A stretch of DNA of 64,000 nucleotides from Eledone cirrhosa. Taxonomy: Eukaryota. The position numbers were made by a program, and so were the translations under genes. Below, in pieces: positions 38,923 to 52,121 of this stretch; the stretch's first letter is position 1; each line of letters begins with the position of its first letter. The notes beneath the pieces are model-generated. The model was not told the DNA's origin and did no database searches. It saw nothing but the letters and a program-made list of their open reading frames with translations. Location: the NCBI GenBank assembly GCA_964016885.1, contig OZ024740.1, positions 124,744,001 to 124,808,000 on the forward strand. Reading direction: 5' to 3'.

Positions 38923-40499
38923 TGCTCACATATTGCTCGGTTTGTTGTTTTTTCACTATTTCTCTTTTCTTCCCTTTTGCTTTCCTTCCCTCCCTCCTCC
39001 GTTTTCCCAATAACCTATCCAGTTATTGACGCCCTGGGGTGAGATATCTTGTCCCACGCCCCGTTCTTACTTTCTTCTTATTCCCACTGCATTTTAAGTT
39101 ACCTTAAATAGCAACTACACAGCCATTTCTATGCTCCATTTATTTCATATATATATATGAGTTGGCAAACGTGTTAATGTGTCTGATGAAATGCCTTAAA
39201 CTATTCATTCTGGCTCTCTGTGATTTAAGTTAAATCCTCCCATCATCTTTGCCATTTATTCCTTCAGGGTCTTTAAATAATATATGAGTGTATGACAGTA
39301 GAGTGGTAGAATTATTAGTATGTAAAATAAGATGGATTTTGGTAACTATTCTATCACATTGCATTCTGAGTTTAATTATTACATATATGCCTTTATAATC
39401 ACAGTTGCAAACCCATTGAACTAGAATGCAATGCAAGACACATTCTCAAAAATAATGCCAGCACCAAACATTTGGTGCTGAACAGATTTGAGAAAGATAT
39501 TTCTAGTGAAATTGGCATATACCTTAGGGAGGGTGTATAGATTCATAGATATATAAATGTTTAGTGATATTTGGGGACACATCAAAAATGTAGAAACAAT
39601 TAAGAAAACCAAAACAGGTTTTATCAATAACAAGATGAAGAAATGTTATGAGACAAGTCAGGTCCAGAGACCACTTCATGTACATAGAGATCTGTATTTT
39701 GGCTTAGTTTCTATGGCTGGATGCCCTTCTTAACACCAACCCAATTACAGTGTGGAATAAGTGCATTTTATTGTGGCACCAAAATGACCACCTTACAGGG
39801 TGAACTGGGTGCTTTTTGTTGTCTTCAACATAAACACTTTACAGTGTAGACTGGGTACTTTTTTTTCATGTCACCAGCACAACCACCTTACAGTGTGGAC
39901 TGATGATTTTTTTCATGTCACCATCATGATTCCCTTACAGGATAGACCTTGTGCTTTTGTTGTCATGGTGCCAGATAAACATACAGGGTGGACGTTGTTT
40001 TTTGTCATGGCACAACATTATGTAAATAAATATTGCATATATTATTTATCTTACATAATTTTATGTGTATGTTGAACCAAATTGTAAATACCATGTTTGA
40101 GTATATTCTTCTGTATTAACATCATGTAAATCTTACTATCAGAAAAATATAATTATTGCAAAGAATAGTTGGTGGGAAGAAGCTTGCAAAATATGGTTCC
40201 AAATCACATGAAACTGGCAGAAAATTCAATATCTTTTCACACTGGCTTCAACTTTCAGTCTCTCCTTTTACAACTTTTCCTATATCTGGACATTAAATTA
40301 TTCCAGAGAGATTGAGAGGGAGAAGATTTGATGATGGATGAAAACACCTCCTTCTTGTTTGTATGTGTGTGAGTTTGTCCATTCTCCTGATGGATGGATG
40401 GATAGCCAGATGGATTAGATTAAATGGATGGATGGATGGATGGCCAGATGGATTATATTAGACAAATGGAGTGATAGATAATGAGAAATTAGCTGTTGT

Positions 40500-40695
40500 T
40501 ATGGGTGGTAGTTTGGTAGTATCAGTAGAGGGTCGGATGCCATGCTTTCCAGCATAGAGTTGCATCTCTTTATGATCTGAGTTCAAATCCTGCCAAGGTT
40601 AACTTTGCCTATCATCCTTACGAGATTGATAAACTAAAGTACCAGTAATTCACTAGTATAATTGCTGGCCTTGTACCAAAAGTAGAAACAATTAT
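40500..40695 (+). mobile_element. Second SINE family (fragments also at ~7065-7170, ~17790-17930 minus, ~47895-48060)
   Basis: B box gagttcaaatcc followed by aactttgcct.tcatcctt.cg..gt.gataaa..aaagtaccagt. Confidence 0.65.
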
Positions 40696-40958
40696 TAAAT
40701 GTTTTCTTTTAATTGCTAAATGTAGTTAGATTATTTAATCAAATTTCTAATTTGTATGTGTCTAAAAGAGGAATTAGTATTGACCTTCCCCCTTAATAGT
40801 ATTTATGGGCCATGCTGATGCTTGGGTTAGTGGAGGTAAGTTCAGCTGTATATAGATTTGTTTCTACATTAAAAGACATACAGAGTCTGCCAAGAAATGT
40901 ATATACTTCAGGAAAAGGAAATCTTTTATAAAAATTTAACTTGTTTAAATACCTTTAT

Positions 40959-41027
<69 letters not shown>

Positions 41028-41050
41028 AGCATGGAGGCTCAAGGCTTAGT

Positions 41051-41398
41051 ATGGAGGCACATGGCTTAGTGGTTAGAGCATTGGCCTTGCAATCGAAAGC
41101 TTGTGAGTTCAATTCTCAGACCGGGTGATGTGTTGTTTCCTTGAGCAAGACACTTTATTTCACATTGCTCCAGTTTACTCAGCTGTAGAAATGAGATGAT
41201 AGGGACTGAGGTCCCTATCATTCCATTGTAAAAGTGGACGTGTAGGCACCACGGAGAAAAAGCACCCAGCACTCACTGTAAATGAGGTTGGTGTTAGGAA
41301 GGGCATCCAGCTGTAGAAATCAAGCCAGAATCAGTTCCCGTCCCACCCTTGCAAGCAGGGAAATAGCGGACGTAAAATAAAATGATGATGATGATGAT
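41051..41398 (+). mobile_element. Full-length tRNA-derived SINE with RTE-derived 3' tail
   Basis: A box tggcttagtgg, B box gagttcaattc, central core, ggaagggcatccagc tail, (GAT)n. Confidence 0.88.
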
Positions 41399-41730
41399 AA
41401 CAAAATCAGCAGTGGAGGTGGATGCACAGAAAGTACAGTTGCCAGAGTAAGAACGGGATGGAAGAAGGTCAAGCTGCTGCCATTGCTAGATACAAAAGGT
41501 CTCAAACTCAAGATAAAAGGCAAATCGTGGGCACTGTGTGCTGACGATCTATGGAGGTTGGAAAGAAATGAAGCCTGTATGCACAGATGGATGTGTAACA
41601 GTAGCTTGCATGAATAACAAAGTGTGACTTGAGAATGAAACTTGGCATAAGAGGGATCAAATGCTGTGTGCAGGAGAGAAGACTGCAGTGGTATGGACAT
41701 GTGATTTGCATGAAGGATGACACATGTAAA
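41399..41730 (+). pseudogene. RTE internal fragment
   Basis: KISSGGGC..STVARVRTGWKK-like and RRLQWYGHV-like sequence. Confidence 0.75.
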
Positions 41731-44168
41731 TAAGACCAGTAAAACTCCAATATGGTAAGAGATAACAAAAATAATCATAATATACCATCCTTCACATGTG
41801 TTAAGAAGGTATGCAATGAGGCCTTAATTAGAGATGCCTGTTCAAAAAACATGTTGCAATCTACGTTCATGCTATAAAAACTGGTAATGGGCCTGTAACA
41901 TGTCTTGGGAGACATGGGATGGACACACAAAGAGTGCATTTTCTGAGAACCCACAGAGGATTTTGGAAAGAGAAACTATAACAACTTGTATCTGGATCAT
42001 CATAACCTACTATAATTCTATTGAAATTATTCTTTTGGTTATGTATTTTACATTCAGATTTAATTTAGGTTGCAGGGTTTAATTTGTTATAAATGATAAT
42101 ATGAATTGACTGAATATAAGACAATCACACTATAACACTATTAGATTACATTTCTTTTATTTATTTTTAATTTAGTTTTCAGTCACATGATCTTAATTTG
42201 AGATTAATGGAGTTGATTCAACTAGACACTTAATTTGGCTCTATAATTCAAAATCATGTCAACTAGAAAGGAATGTAGTCAATACCAATTTAATTAATAC
42301 AATAATAACACATAGCAGTTTAAATTTAATTTATTAAACTTGGCTTCTAATAGTGCTAACTGCAAGGAACATTATCCTAGACAACATTTTGTTCTTGCTG
42401 CTTCCTTGAAATAAACAATTGTTAATAATAGCAATCAAGAATTACTTTCATGGATACAACATAATTATAGCAATGAGGAGTTATGGCTTGTCTCAGTACC
42501 GTGTAAGTACATGTCCCCAATGATGGTTAAACATCTAGAAACATGTGTCTGAAATATTATATAGCTACTGAGATAACTATTTCTTGATCACAGCTAAAAT
42601 AGTCATAGCATGACTCTTGTGTTTTTATTATACATAAACATATCATATATGTCTTCAATACACACACATACACAAACATATATATGTGTGTGTGTGTAAT
42701 GAATTTATATCTGTGTATATAAAATATAAAGGCAATTTATACTGTGTAAATGTTTCTATAAATTTACACATATAGACAAATTTACACATACAGAATCAGT
42801 TCCCGTCCCACCCTTGCAAGCAGGGAAAAGCGGACATAAAAATGATGATGATGATGATGTTGCCTGTATTTCCCTATAACTTGAAAATATATTTTTAATC
42901 AATTTTTGAACCTTTCGATGTTCTCATCAGAATATATGTATATGATCTAAACAACTACAAGAAACACGATTGCTAATAATATACAAAGTAGTACCTACAT
43001 TTCAGTAATACTACAACAAATGTTTGGGAATATAAGCCACTCAGTTACATATGTCCTAGATTTTTATCATTTTTATTTTTTCAGAAATACAGGAAATTTG
43101 AAATGTTTAAAAGACTATATACTCAAGGTGCCAATTTATATAGATTTCTGCATCCTGGTCACCTCTGTAAACTATATATACAGATATAAATTTATCATAT
43201 ACTTGAGCTGCTTAGAACACAACTTAATACACACACATATATATTACATGTTAGCAATCAATACAAAATAAAAATAATATTGATAGCTATATATGGAGCA
43301 AAATGTCAAGCTAAGCTTTCATCCTCAAAGGAGAGGGTTTAATTTTCTCTTTATATATATATAAATGTGTGTGTATGAATATTTTGTGAACATGCGTATG
43401 GGAATTTGTGCATGTGTTTGTGTATATATATATATTTATATGTGTGAATGTATATTTGTATTTATATATATATAACTATACATCTAGTGCTATGTTATTT
43501 TGTTGGTAGCTTTCCACTTTTTTAGCTTTGTTTTATCTTATTTTATTCATGTATTTATTTTTATTATTTTTTTATGGCAGCATTCTTCCGGAATTCAATA
43601 AAGCAATAAGCAAATGTTTCGAGAATGTCATTGAAAAGAAATGAAACGATATTCCGGAAGATTTATAGTATATTACCCTTAGTGAGAATAAAAGCGGAAT
43701 TTCAGAATGGAAAGTAAATTTGTAAAAGAAGTAGTTAAAATGAAAGTTCGCTTAGAAAAGACAAAAACAAATCAAAATATGAAACGATAAAAATGGAGCA
43801 GTGGGAATGGTTCGTGCATTAACAAGGGGAATTAATTTAGATTAAAATTAATGAGTATATGTGTTATATATGTGTTATATATGTGTTATATATGTATATG
43901 TTGTATACATATATATATATAAAGTTGTATCTATAAACATACAGAGTGGGTAACCAAGATGGCATCAGTGTGTGTATAAATATACATTTTATTGTACACA
44001 TCGGCTCTAGTGCACTTAATATTTAAATATGTGAGTCCTGGATTCAACTGGCGGTAACCACAGTTAGTAAGGTACTCAATACATTAGTAGAGTGTAGACA
44101 TCAAGTTTAATATAGAAATGGCTTCTACAGGATGAGAACTGTTTCATTCAGAAGAAATCACAAGGAAA

Positions 44169-44213
44169 GTCCTGATGATTTCTTCAGGATGAAACAGTTC
44201 TAGTGTTGTAGAC
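44169..44213 (+). ncRNA. Type I hammerhead (family F), right arm of a short inverted repeat at 44105-44232
   Basis: gtc CTGATGA tttc ttca ggat GAAA cag ttctagtg ttg TA gac; stem I is only 3 bp; related 3' half at ~28690-28715. Confidence 0.6.
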
Positions 44214-44364
44214 GCTATTTCTATATTAGACTTAATATATATATATGTGTATATATTTATATATGTCCATAAATAAATATATATATATATATATACATAG
44301 AGATAGAGAGAGAGAGAGAAGAAGAGAGAAATTAATAAATAAAACGAAAACATCAAATATTTAT

Positions 44365-45530
44365 ATCATCATCATCATCATCATCAACGTTTAACGTCCG
44401 TGTTCCACGCTTGCATGGGTTTGGACGGGGGTTTTCCCACTTGAGGCAAGAGTGATTGTCTTGCTCGCATAGGACTGTCTGGCAGGTTTTCTACAGTTGG
44501 ATGCCCTTCCTAACACCAACCACATTTACAGTGTGGGTCTGGGAGGTTTTTACCGTGTTGCCTACACGGCCACATTACAGCGTGGACTGTGTGTTTTTTT
44601 GTCGTGACACCTACACGATCTCATTTGTTTCGGCCTGGATGGTGTGGCACCAACATAACTTTACATAGAAGGGGGCGGTGTGGATGGGGTGGGGGTGGTG
44701 GGACGGTGGTGTATTTTGTTAGAGATGCCTACTGACTGTAGTAGGTTTTACTTTGTATTTAGGTAAGGCGGGTCTTCTCTATTACTGAGTACCGCCAAAG
44801 GTCTCGGTCCAGTGACATTGTCTTGGTGAGATGTAAGTGTGTGAGGTCGGAGTTTATCAGCTCGTCCCAGGTTTTTCATGGTCTGCCTATTCCGTGGCTA
44901 CCGTCTATCTTTATTGCCCTGCACTTTGTTATACAGCTATCGTCCTTCATGCGCATCACGTGACCATACCAACGTAGCCTTCTCTCTAGTAAACAACATC
45001 TGATCCCTCTTATTTCTAATTTTTTCCTTAGTTCGTTTATGCTTTGTCGTTCACGTATATTACTATTACACATCCAGCGGAGCATGCAAGCTTCGTTTCT
45101 CTCTAGTCTGCGTATATCCTCTGCACACAATGCCCAGGTCTCACTGCCATGCAACATTGCTGTTCGTATGCAGGCATCGTACAGCCTGTCTTTCATTTTT
45201 AGGGAGAACCCTTTAGCGGCTAATAGTGGTATAAGCTCTCTGAACTTTTTCCACCCAGTTCTGACTCTAGCTACTGTACTTTCAGAGCACCCTCCCCCAC
45301 TGTTGATTTTGTCACCCAGGTAACGGAAGCTGTCCACTATTTCTATAGAACCCTCTGCGCAGTTGAAAGAGCTAGTATTTGTGGGCACTTGCTGCTACTT
45401 ATTGCCCCAGAACACCGGCCACATGTAAAATCTATGTTCTTAGTTAGCTTACCTGTGATCCCACTACATCTTTTATGCACCCAAACTTTGCATTTGGGAC
45501 ACAAAATGGAATTTCTACCTACGCCTTTCC
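44365..45530 (-). mobile_element. 5'-truncated RTE LINE
   Basis: ORF 44876-45388 RTE C-terminus; (CAT)n tail at the left end. Confidence 0.93.
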
Positions 45531-45691
45531 TTTCCTTTATATATATATATATATATACATGAAATCATTGCAGATTCACATTTAATAATTGGAAGTGTTC
45601 CTGGACATATTTAGATATGAAAAGTTCAATCACTTGTTCTACATAGCTATATATCATTTTTTGAATGAGCCTTGCCTATGGCAGCTATTGC

Positions 45692-45732
<41 letters not shown>

Positions 45733-46294
45733 AGAATACTGATTTTTCGATATTTAGCAATCATTCGACTGCTAGTTCTAGTAGATTAAATGTGTGTATG
45801 AAGAGATTCCTTCAGTTACTTTAAATGTCTACAAGTTTTAGCTGTACTATAAACTTGGTGAGAGTTGTTTTGAGCTTAGTTCTTCCCACTGCAAAAATCA
45901 AATATGTTTGACTAACTTTTTACCATAGAGAACACTCATTTTTCATCTATACCAAACTACCAAAAACCGGCATTGGTTCTATGATACAAATGTATATATT
46001 TTAAAGTGTTTATATCTATTTAAAAACGATCCACCATAATTATATATAAGAACCTTTGTTAAATTATGCAACACTTCAATAATGTGGAATTTAGTTATTT
46101 CATTGAAGACATCCAAATTCTTGAATATTTTCAAAGATATTTGAAATTGGTAAATAGTGTCTTTCATTATAAATATGGCAATTAAAAGGGTAATTCACTG
46201 GGATTAGAGTAAAGCAATAATTCTGTGACCCATGTATGTTCAGAAGACAAATAATGCCCGAAAGTGTGTCAGGACTGTTGAAAACATTAAATCT

Positions 46295-46330
<36 letters not shown>

Positions 46331-46335
<5 letters not shown>

Positions 46336-47777
46336 GAGTTTAGTGTAAAAGCTGCGGTTCATCAGGGATCTGTTCTTAGCCCCCTACTATTTATTATTGC
46401 CCTCCAGGCTATAACAGTGGAGTTCAAGACCGGCTGCCCATGGGAACTCCTATACGCAGATGATCTAACGATCATAGCTGAATCAATGGCCGAGCTAGAG
46501 AAGAAATTCCAAACATGGAAGCACGGCCTAGAATCAAAAGGCCTTAAAATTAACCTGGCTAAGACTAAAGTTCTAGTTTGTAAGAAAGAAAATAAGGCGG
46601 CGGTCCCCTCCAGGAAGTGGCCATGCACAGAGTGTAGGAAAGGCGTAGGTAGAAACTCCATTTTGTGTCCCAAATGCAAAGTTTGGGTGCATAAAAGATG
46701 TAGTGGTATCACAGGTAAGCTAACTAAGAACATAGATTTTACATGTGGCCAGTGTTCCGGCGCAATAAGTAGCAGCAAGTGCCCACAAAATACTAGCTCT
46801 TTCAGCTGCGCAGAGGGTTCTATAGAAATAGTGGACAGCTTCCGTTACCTGGGTGACAAAATCAGCAGTGGGGGAGGGTGCTCTGAAAGTACAGTAGCTA
46901 GAGTCAGAACTGGGTGGAAAAAGTTCAGAGAGCTTATACCACTATTAGCCGCTAAAGGGTTCTCCCTAAAAATGAAAGGCAGGTTGTATGATGCCTGCAT
47001 ACGAACAGCAATGTTGCATGGCAGTGAGACCTGGGCATTGTGTGCAGAAGATATACGCAGACTAGAGAGAAACGAAGCTTGCATGCTCTGCTGGATGTGT
47101 AATAGTAATATACGTGAACGACAAAGCATAAACGAACTAAGGAAAAAATTAGAAATAAGAGGGATCAGATGTTGTCTACTCGAGAGAAGGCTACGTTGGT
47201 ATGGTCACGTAATGCGCATGAAGGACGATACCTGTATAACAAAGTGCAGGCAATAAAGATAGACGGTAGCCACGGAATAGGCAGACCCAGAAAAACCTGG
47301 GATGAGCTGATAAACTCCGACCTCACCAAGACAATGTCACTGGACCGAGACCTTTGGCGGTACTCAGTAATAGAGAAGACCCGCCTTACCTAAATACATA
47401 GTAAAACCTACTACAGCCAGTAGGCATCTCTAACAAAATACACCCCCGTCCCACCACCCACAACACCCCCTCCTATGTAAAGTTATGTTGGTGCCACAAC
47501 ATCCAGGCCGAAACAAATGAGATCGTGTAGGTGTCACGACAAAAAAAACACACAGTCCACGCTGTAATGTGGCCGTGTAGGCAACACGGTAAAAACCTCC
47601 CAGTCCCACACTGTAAATGTGGTTGGTGTTAGGAAGGGCATCCAACTGTAGAAAACCTGCCAGACAGTCCTATGCGAGCAAGACAATCACTCTTGCCTCA
47701 AGTGGGAATACCCCCGTCCAAACCCATGCAAACGTGGAACACGGACGTTAAACGTTGATGATGATGATGATGATGAT
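46331..47777 (+). mobile_element. 5'-truncated RTE LINE
   Basis: ORF 46417-47256 with LYADD, PHD-like Cys cluster and RRLRWYGHV; (GAT)n tail. Confidence 0.93.
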
Positions 47778-48949
47778 ACCTTAAATTTTATAGATTCATC
47801 TTTTGAAGTCCTTATTTCAAATCCTATTAGTATCAATGATATGAATACGAAGCATATACTTAGTTTAATTTTAACTACTTTTATTATATTGACAACATTG
47901 GTAGAGCATCAAACAAAATGTTGTGCAGTATTTAGTTGTGATTTTCTATGCTCTGTGTTCAAATCCTGTCTTTTATCCTTCTGATGTCAAAAGATATAGT
48001 ACCAGTTAAGTATAGGGGTTAATATAGTCAGCTTTCCCATTTCCACAAATTTCTGTCCTTATGTGAATGTGAAAATGAGTTTTAACTTATAAATCAAAGG
48101 ATTTATTAGTTAAAACTGATATTTATATTTGTAAAGTTTTAACCTGAAAACAAAGTAATTGATTTTGAAAGGAAATATTATTTTTCATTTCATAGTAGAG
48201 GTTTTAGCTTAACATATATCTACAGCACCACAGAAATTAACTAATACACAAGTCGTATAGCCCCCTCCCCCTCCAACATACAATATCCCAAATCAACACT
48301 CCAAATTAGAGGTTTCTTAAACTATAAGATATAATCATGAGATATATTAATCAGAAAGATGTTAAATGATTTATAGTGTATACCAAAACTGGTGATTTCT
48401 TTTGTCCATGGCTATTTTTAAGCAGTAGAATATCATTTATATCATATTTTTATTTTACCAATTATTTGATTCGAAAATAGAATGTGATACTTGAAAGCTA
48501 TCTTAAAGAAGTCTGTTTAGGAAATCAATTTCTGAATTGGTTAAATCGTTTGGAATGACATTTTCTATTTATAATAAATAGTTCACAAAAGGTAAAATTA
48601 ATGACTAAATAACAATAATAATGGACATTCCAAGAAAAAGGAGGAGTTTTAATATTTATTTATGTGTATGTGTTTAACTAATAGCAAACATATATAACTG
48701 GGGAATTGGAATAAACAAAATATTTTAGAAAGTATGTATTAAAAAATCATTAATGCAAATGGTTTCAAACATTCATTGGAAAATAAATTTTCTTGTATTG
48801 TACTTGATAAGCAACCTAGATAATTAATATCAATGTTTTTAAACAAAACTAACATTATTTAAAATTTATATTGCACTTTAGTAAGAAATAATAAAAAAAA
48901 TAAATAAATCATAAATAAGGGAAAATAAACATTTTATATTTTTTAGACT

Positions 48950-49900
48950 TTTGCTGCAGACATACTTTATAACAAGATTGAATTTGTTTTAAGAACTATG
49001 TATGAAGCACTGTCTTTGTCAGTAATGCTACTCTGATAATCAGGAAAACATTGACCCTCAGTTATCTCTAAACTGGGCTGCTATATAAAACAATAAGTTG
49101 CATCTTAAAATTATTCAAATCAATGAACTGCAACATTTATAAATTCAGATTATCTAAATTTACATTGTTAACATACTTCATGTTCTTTCTAATAACGTGA
49201 ATTTAGTACATCCTGAGGAAAATGTTGTTCAACATTGTCTTTTGAATTCTGGGAGTGTCTATTTTCTCAGAATCTGAAGATCAGTCAAAAGTTTGTATTT
49301 TTTAAAGATTTAGATAATATTTACAAGTTAGTCAACATCTCATTGAAAAGCCTTTAGTTTAATGGCAGACTCTTTTATGCTATCAAGTTGTGTGCTAAAT
49401 CTTTTCAAATGTATTCAAATCATTTACATGGAAGAGAAATGTGTACAATGCTTTACCCTACAAATCCTTCCAGCATCCGTTAATTCTTGACAAGAAAATG
49501 TTTCATTTGTCAAAATCAAAGAAATGTCATCCCAACACTCAACGAATCCAATGAACATTTCTGTTAGCAGTCATAGGTACACTGATTATACATTGCTCAG
49601 TATATTCTAAAATTGTTTTTTTAAAGAATTCACAGATAGAATGTTTACTAATTTAGTTACAATTGTAATGGCACATTCAAGTTCATTGAAGCCACATTTT
49701 GAACCCAAAACTTTATCATGGACAATAAAATGAACCAACGTATTTTGCAACTTCATTTACAAAATGTACTGCTTTACCAGACATGGAGAGTGTTCTAACA
49801 GTTACCAAATACACTATTTTTGAAATGCATAATTCATTTATTAGTGCCTCACGAATATCAGCCCCAGTGACATGCTCAAATAAGGTTAGCACAATAGACA
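48950..49900 (-). pseudogene. Highly degenerate hAT (Charlie/SPIN/GTF2IRD2-like) transposase remnant
   Basis: TGADI..A..KIV..T..LSMSGK..FV resembles TTGxDI..TDGAPSMxGK; downstream stop-ridden reading resembles V.KIVN.I and VRW motifs. Confidence 0.55.
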
Positions 49901-49916
49901 AAAGAAGAGACAATAT

Positions 49917-49956
<40 letters not shown>

Positions 49957-51615
49957 CAATAATATTAATAAATGGAAAATATCTTTATAAAACCATATTT
50001 ATTTTATTATACATATTTAAGTACGCTTTCATCAGATAAAATATAATAATTGGTGTTAAGGTTGTGATATATCTTCACATGAACTTAATGTTATAAGTTC
50101 AGTGAGGGTAGTGAATAGAATTTTTCAAAACACAAGGGACATATGCTAATGAAGATAATGTTAAAACTGAAAAGATCCATTAAGTTTAGACGCTAGATGA
50201 ATTTTAAATATTTATTTAATTTTTTTTTAAAGGGTTTGCTGTTAAATTTGAAAAAAATATTGAGAGTTATTTTCGAATTATTTATACAAATATGCATATA
50301 TACATCCAAATATATATACATGGGTTTAGAAAGAATGATATAATTATACTTATTTATTTATTTAATTGTTTAGCATATTTTAAGAATATGGAAGTATTTA
50401 TAATATTTAGGTGAGAGTTATAATGTATTGTATTAAATTATGAACTATTAATTTATTAAAGCAATTACAACAATATAATATGTGGAAGATATCCTGTTGG
50501 ATATATTTTTTCGCATATATTTTAATATTATGATTAGTGCAGTGATAAATATAATGTATTATAGACATTATTGTATATCGTTATTTTAAAAAAATTATTA
50601 TTTAGAACATAAATGATTATGCGTGAATATAGATCTTATTTAAGTATATATATATAGACATAGAATTATAAATGAGCGTAAGATAGATCAAGCAATAATA
50701 TATATGCATTTTCTACATATACTTTAAGAATGTGAAAGTAATTATATTTTTTAAGTAAAGATGTATAGTATTATGTATAATCTATTATTGCATATGGTTA
50801 GTAATATAACATTTAAGCATTTATGTAAGTTGGAATGTATCGTATATGTGAATTGTAAACAAAATCTTTCCTTTTTTTATAAGGGAAGATAACTCTAATA
50901 TTTAGTAATTTAAGTAATGTATACTATAGATATTTAAAATTATATTGTTTTATCTAATGTTTAACTTAATAATTAATTATAATTTATATTATGATATAAG
51001 TAAACATTTCTATAAGGTTTCAGGGCACCATATAGTAAATATGGTTTTGATAATAATAAATAAACAGTTATTTCTATGTATAAATTTTGATAATAATAAA
51101 TATTTCTATGTATAAATTTAAGAACATTTAAAAACAATTAAAAATATATATTGTACGTAGGCAACCCATAGTGTAATAGTTTCTATAATTTATAAATATT
51201 GTGAAATGTTCTGGAGAATCAATGCAAAAAAGAATTAAATATTTCCTTTTTTTGTTAATAATATTACCAGGATTGATAATTATATGAAAGATTTCTTCTA
51301 TACAGAGATGACAAATTCTTGAGAGAGCCATATTTTGGTAAACTGGCACATTCTATAATATTCTACAAGAGATTGAATAGTCAGTGTTATTGTCTTTTAA
51401 AGACCAAATTTAAATATTCCACGACTCTCTACAACAATCTTCTTACACCTTCTACTTCTCACCCATCTATTTTTCACTCCCACCCTAGTACCTTCAGTGT
51501 GCCCAATCTCAAATCTTTTCTCTGCTCCATTCTATGGACCTGTTATTTTTATCTAAAGACATTTTTTCCAATTCCAACCTGCCTGTCCCCTCAATCTATC
51601 TTATTTCTCATTCTT

Positions 51616-51651
51616 TCTTCTGATGAAGGACTAGCGTCTGAAACGTTAAGG
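51616..51651 (+). ncRNA. Minimal PLE-type hammerhead motif
   Basis: tctt CTGATGA agga ctagcg tct GAAA cg TT aagg, after a pyrimidine-rich UTR-like tract and upstream of (CA)n(TA)n. Confidence 0.55.
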
Positions 51652-51740
51652 CCCTCTTCCTGCTATATCAAGCATTAACCTAATATATCCCTTCCATATA
51701 CTGTACCGATTGTGTTGTTATTTCTGTTTACCTTTTACAT

Positions 51741-51778
<38 letters not shown>

Positions 51779-51784
51779 CATTTT

Positions 51785-52121
51785 CATCATCATTTCATTT
51801 TACGTCCGCTTTTCCCTGCTAGCAAGGGTGGGACGGGAACTGTTTCTGGCTTGATTTCTACAGCTGGATGCCCTTCCTAACACCAACCTCATTTACAGTG
51901 AGTGCTGGGTGCTTTTATGCCGTGGCACCTCCACAACCACTTTGCAGTGGAATGATATGGACCCCAGTCCTATCATCTCATTTCTACAGCTGAGTAAACT
52001 AGAGCAATGTGAAATAAAGTGTCTTGCTCAAGGAAACAACACATCACCCGGTCTAAGAATTGAATTCACAACCTCTCGATTGCAAGGCCAATGCTCTAAC
52101 CACTAAGCCATGTGCCTCCAT
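51785..52121 (-). mobile_element. Full-length tRNA-derived SINE (same family as 41051)
   Basis: Reverse-complement match, including A and B boxes and the RTE tail. Confidence 0.88.

Noticed and set aside
41051-41130. tRNA gene
   Set aside because: A and B boxes are present, but the sequence continues into a SINE core and LINE tail; it is a SINE head
43070-43650. Possible host exons after tttcag (43084) and tggcag (43580)
   Set aside because: Short, weak donor, no recognisable protein; not supportable without RNA data
50050-51300. Extremely AT-rich tract (NUMT or control region?)
   Set aside because: No mitochondrial gene or tRNA motifs recognised
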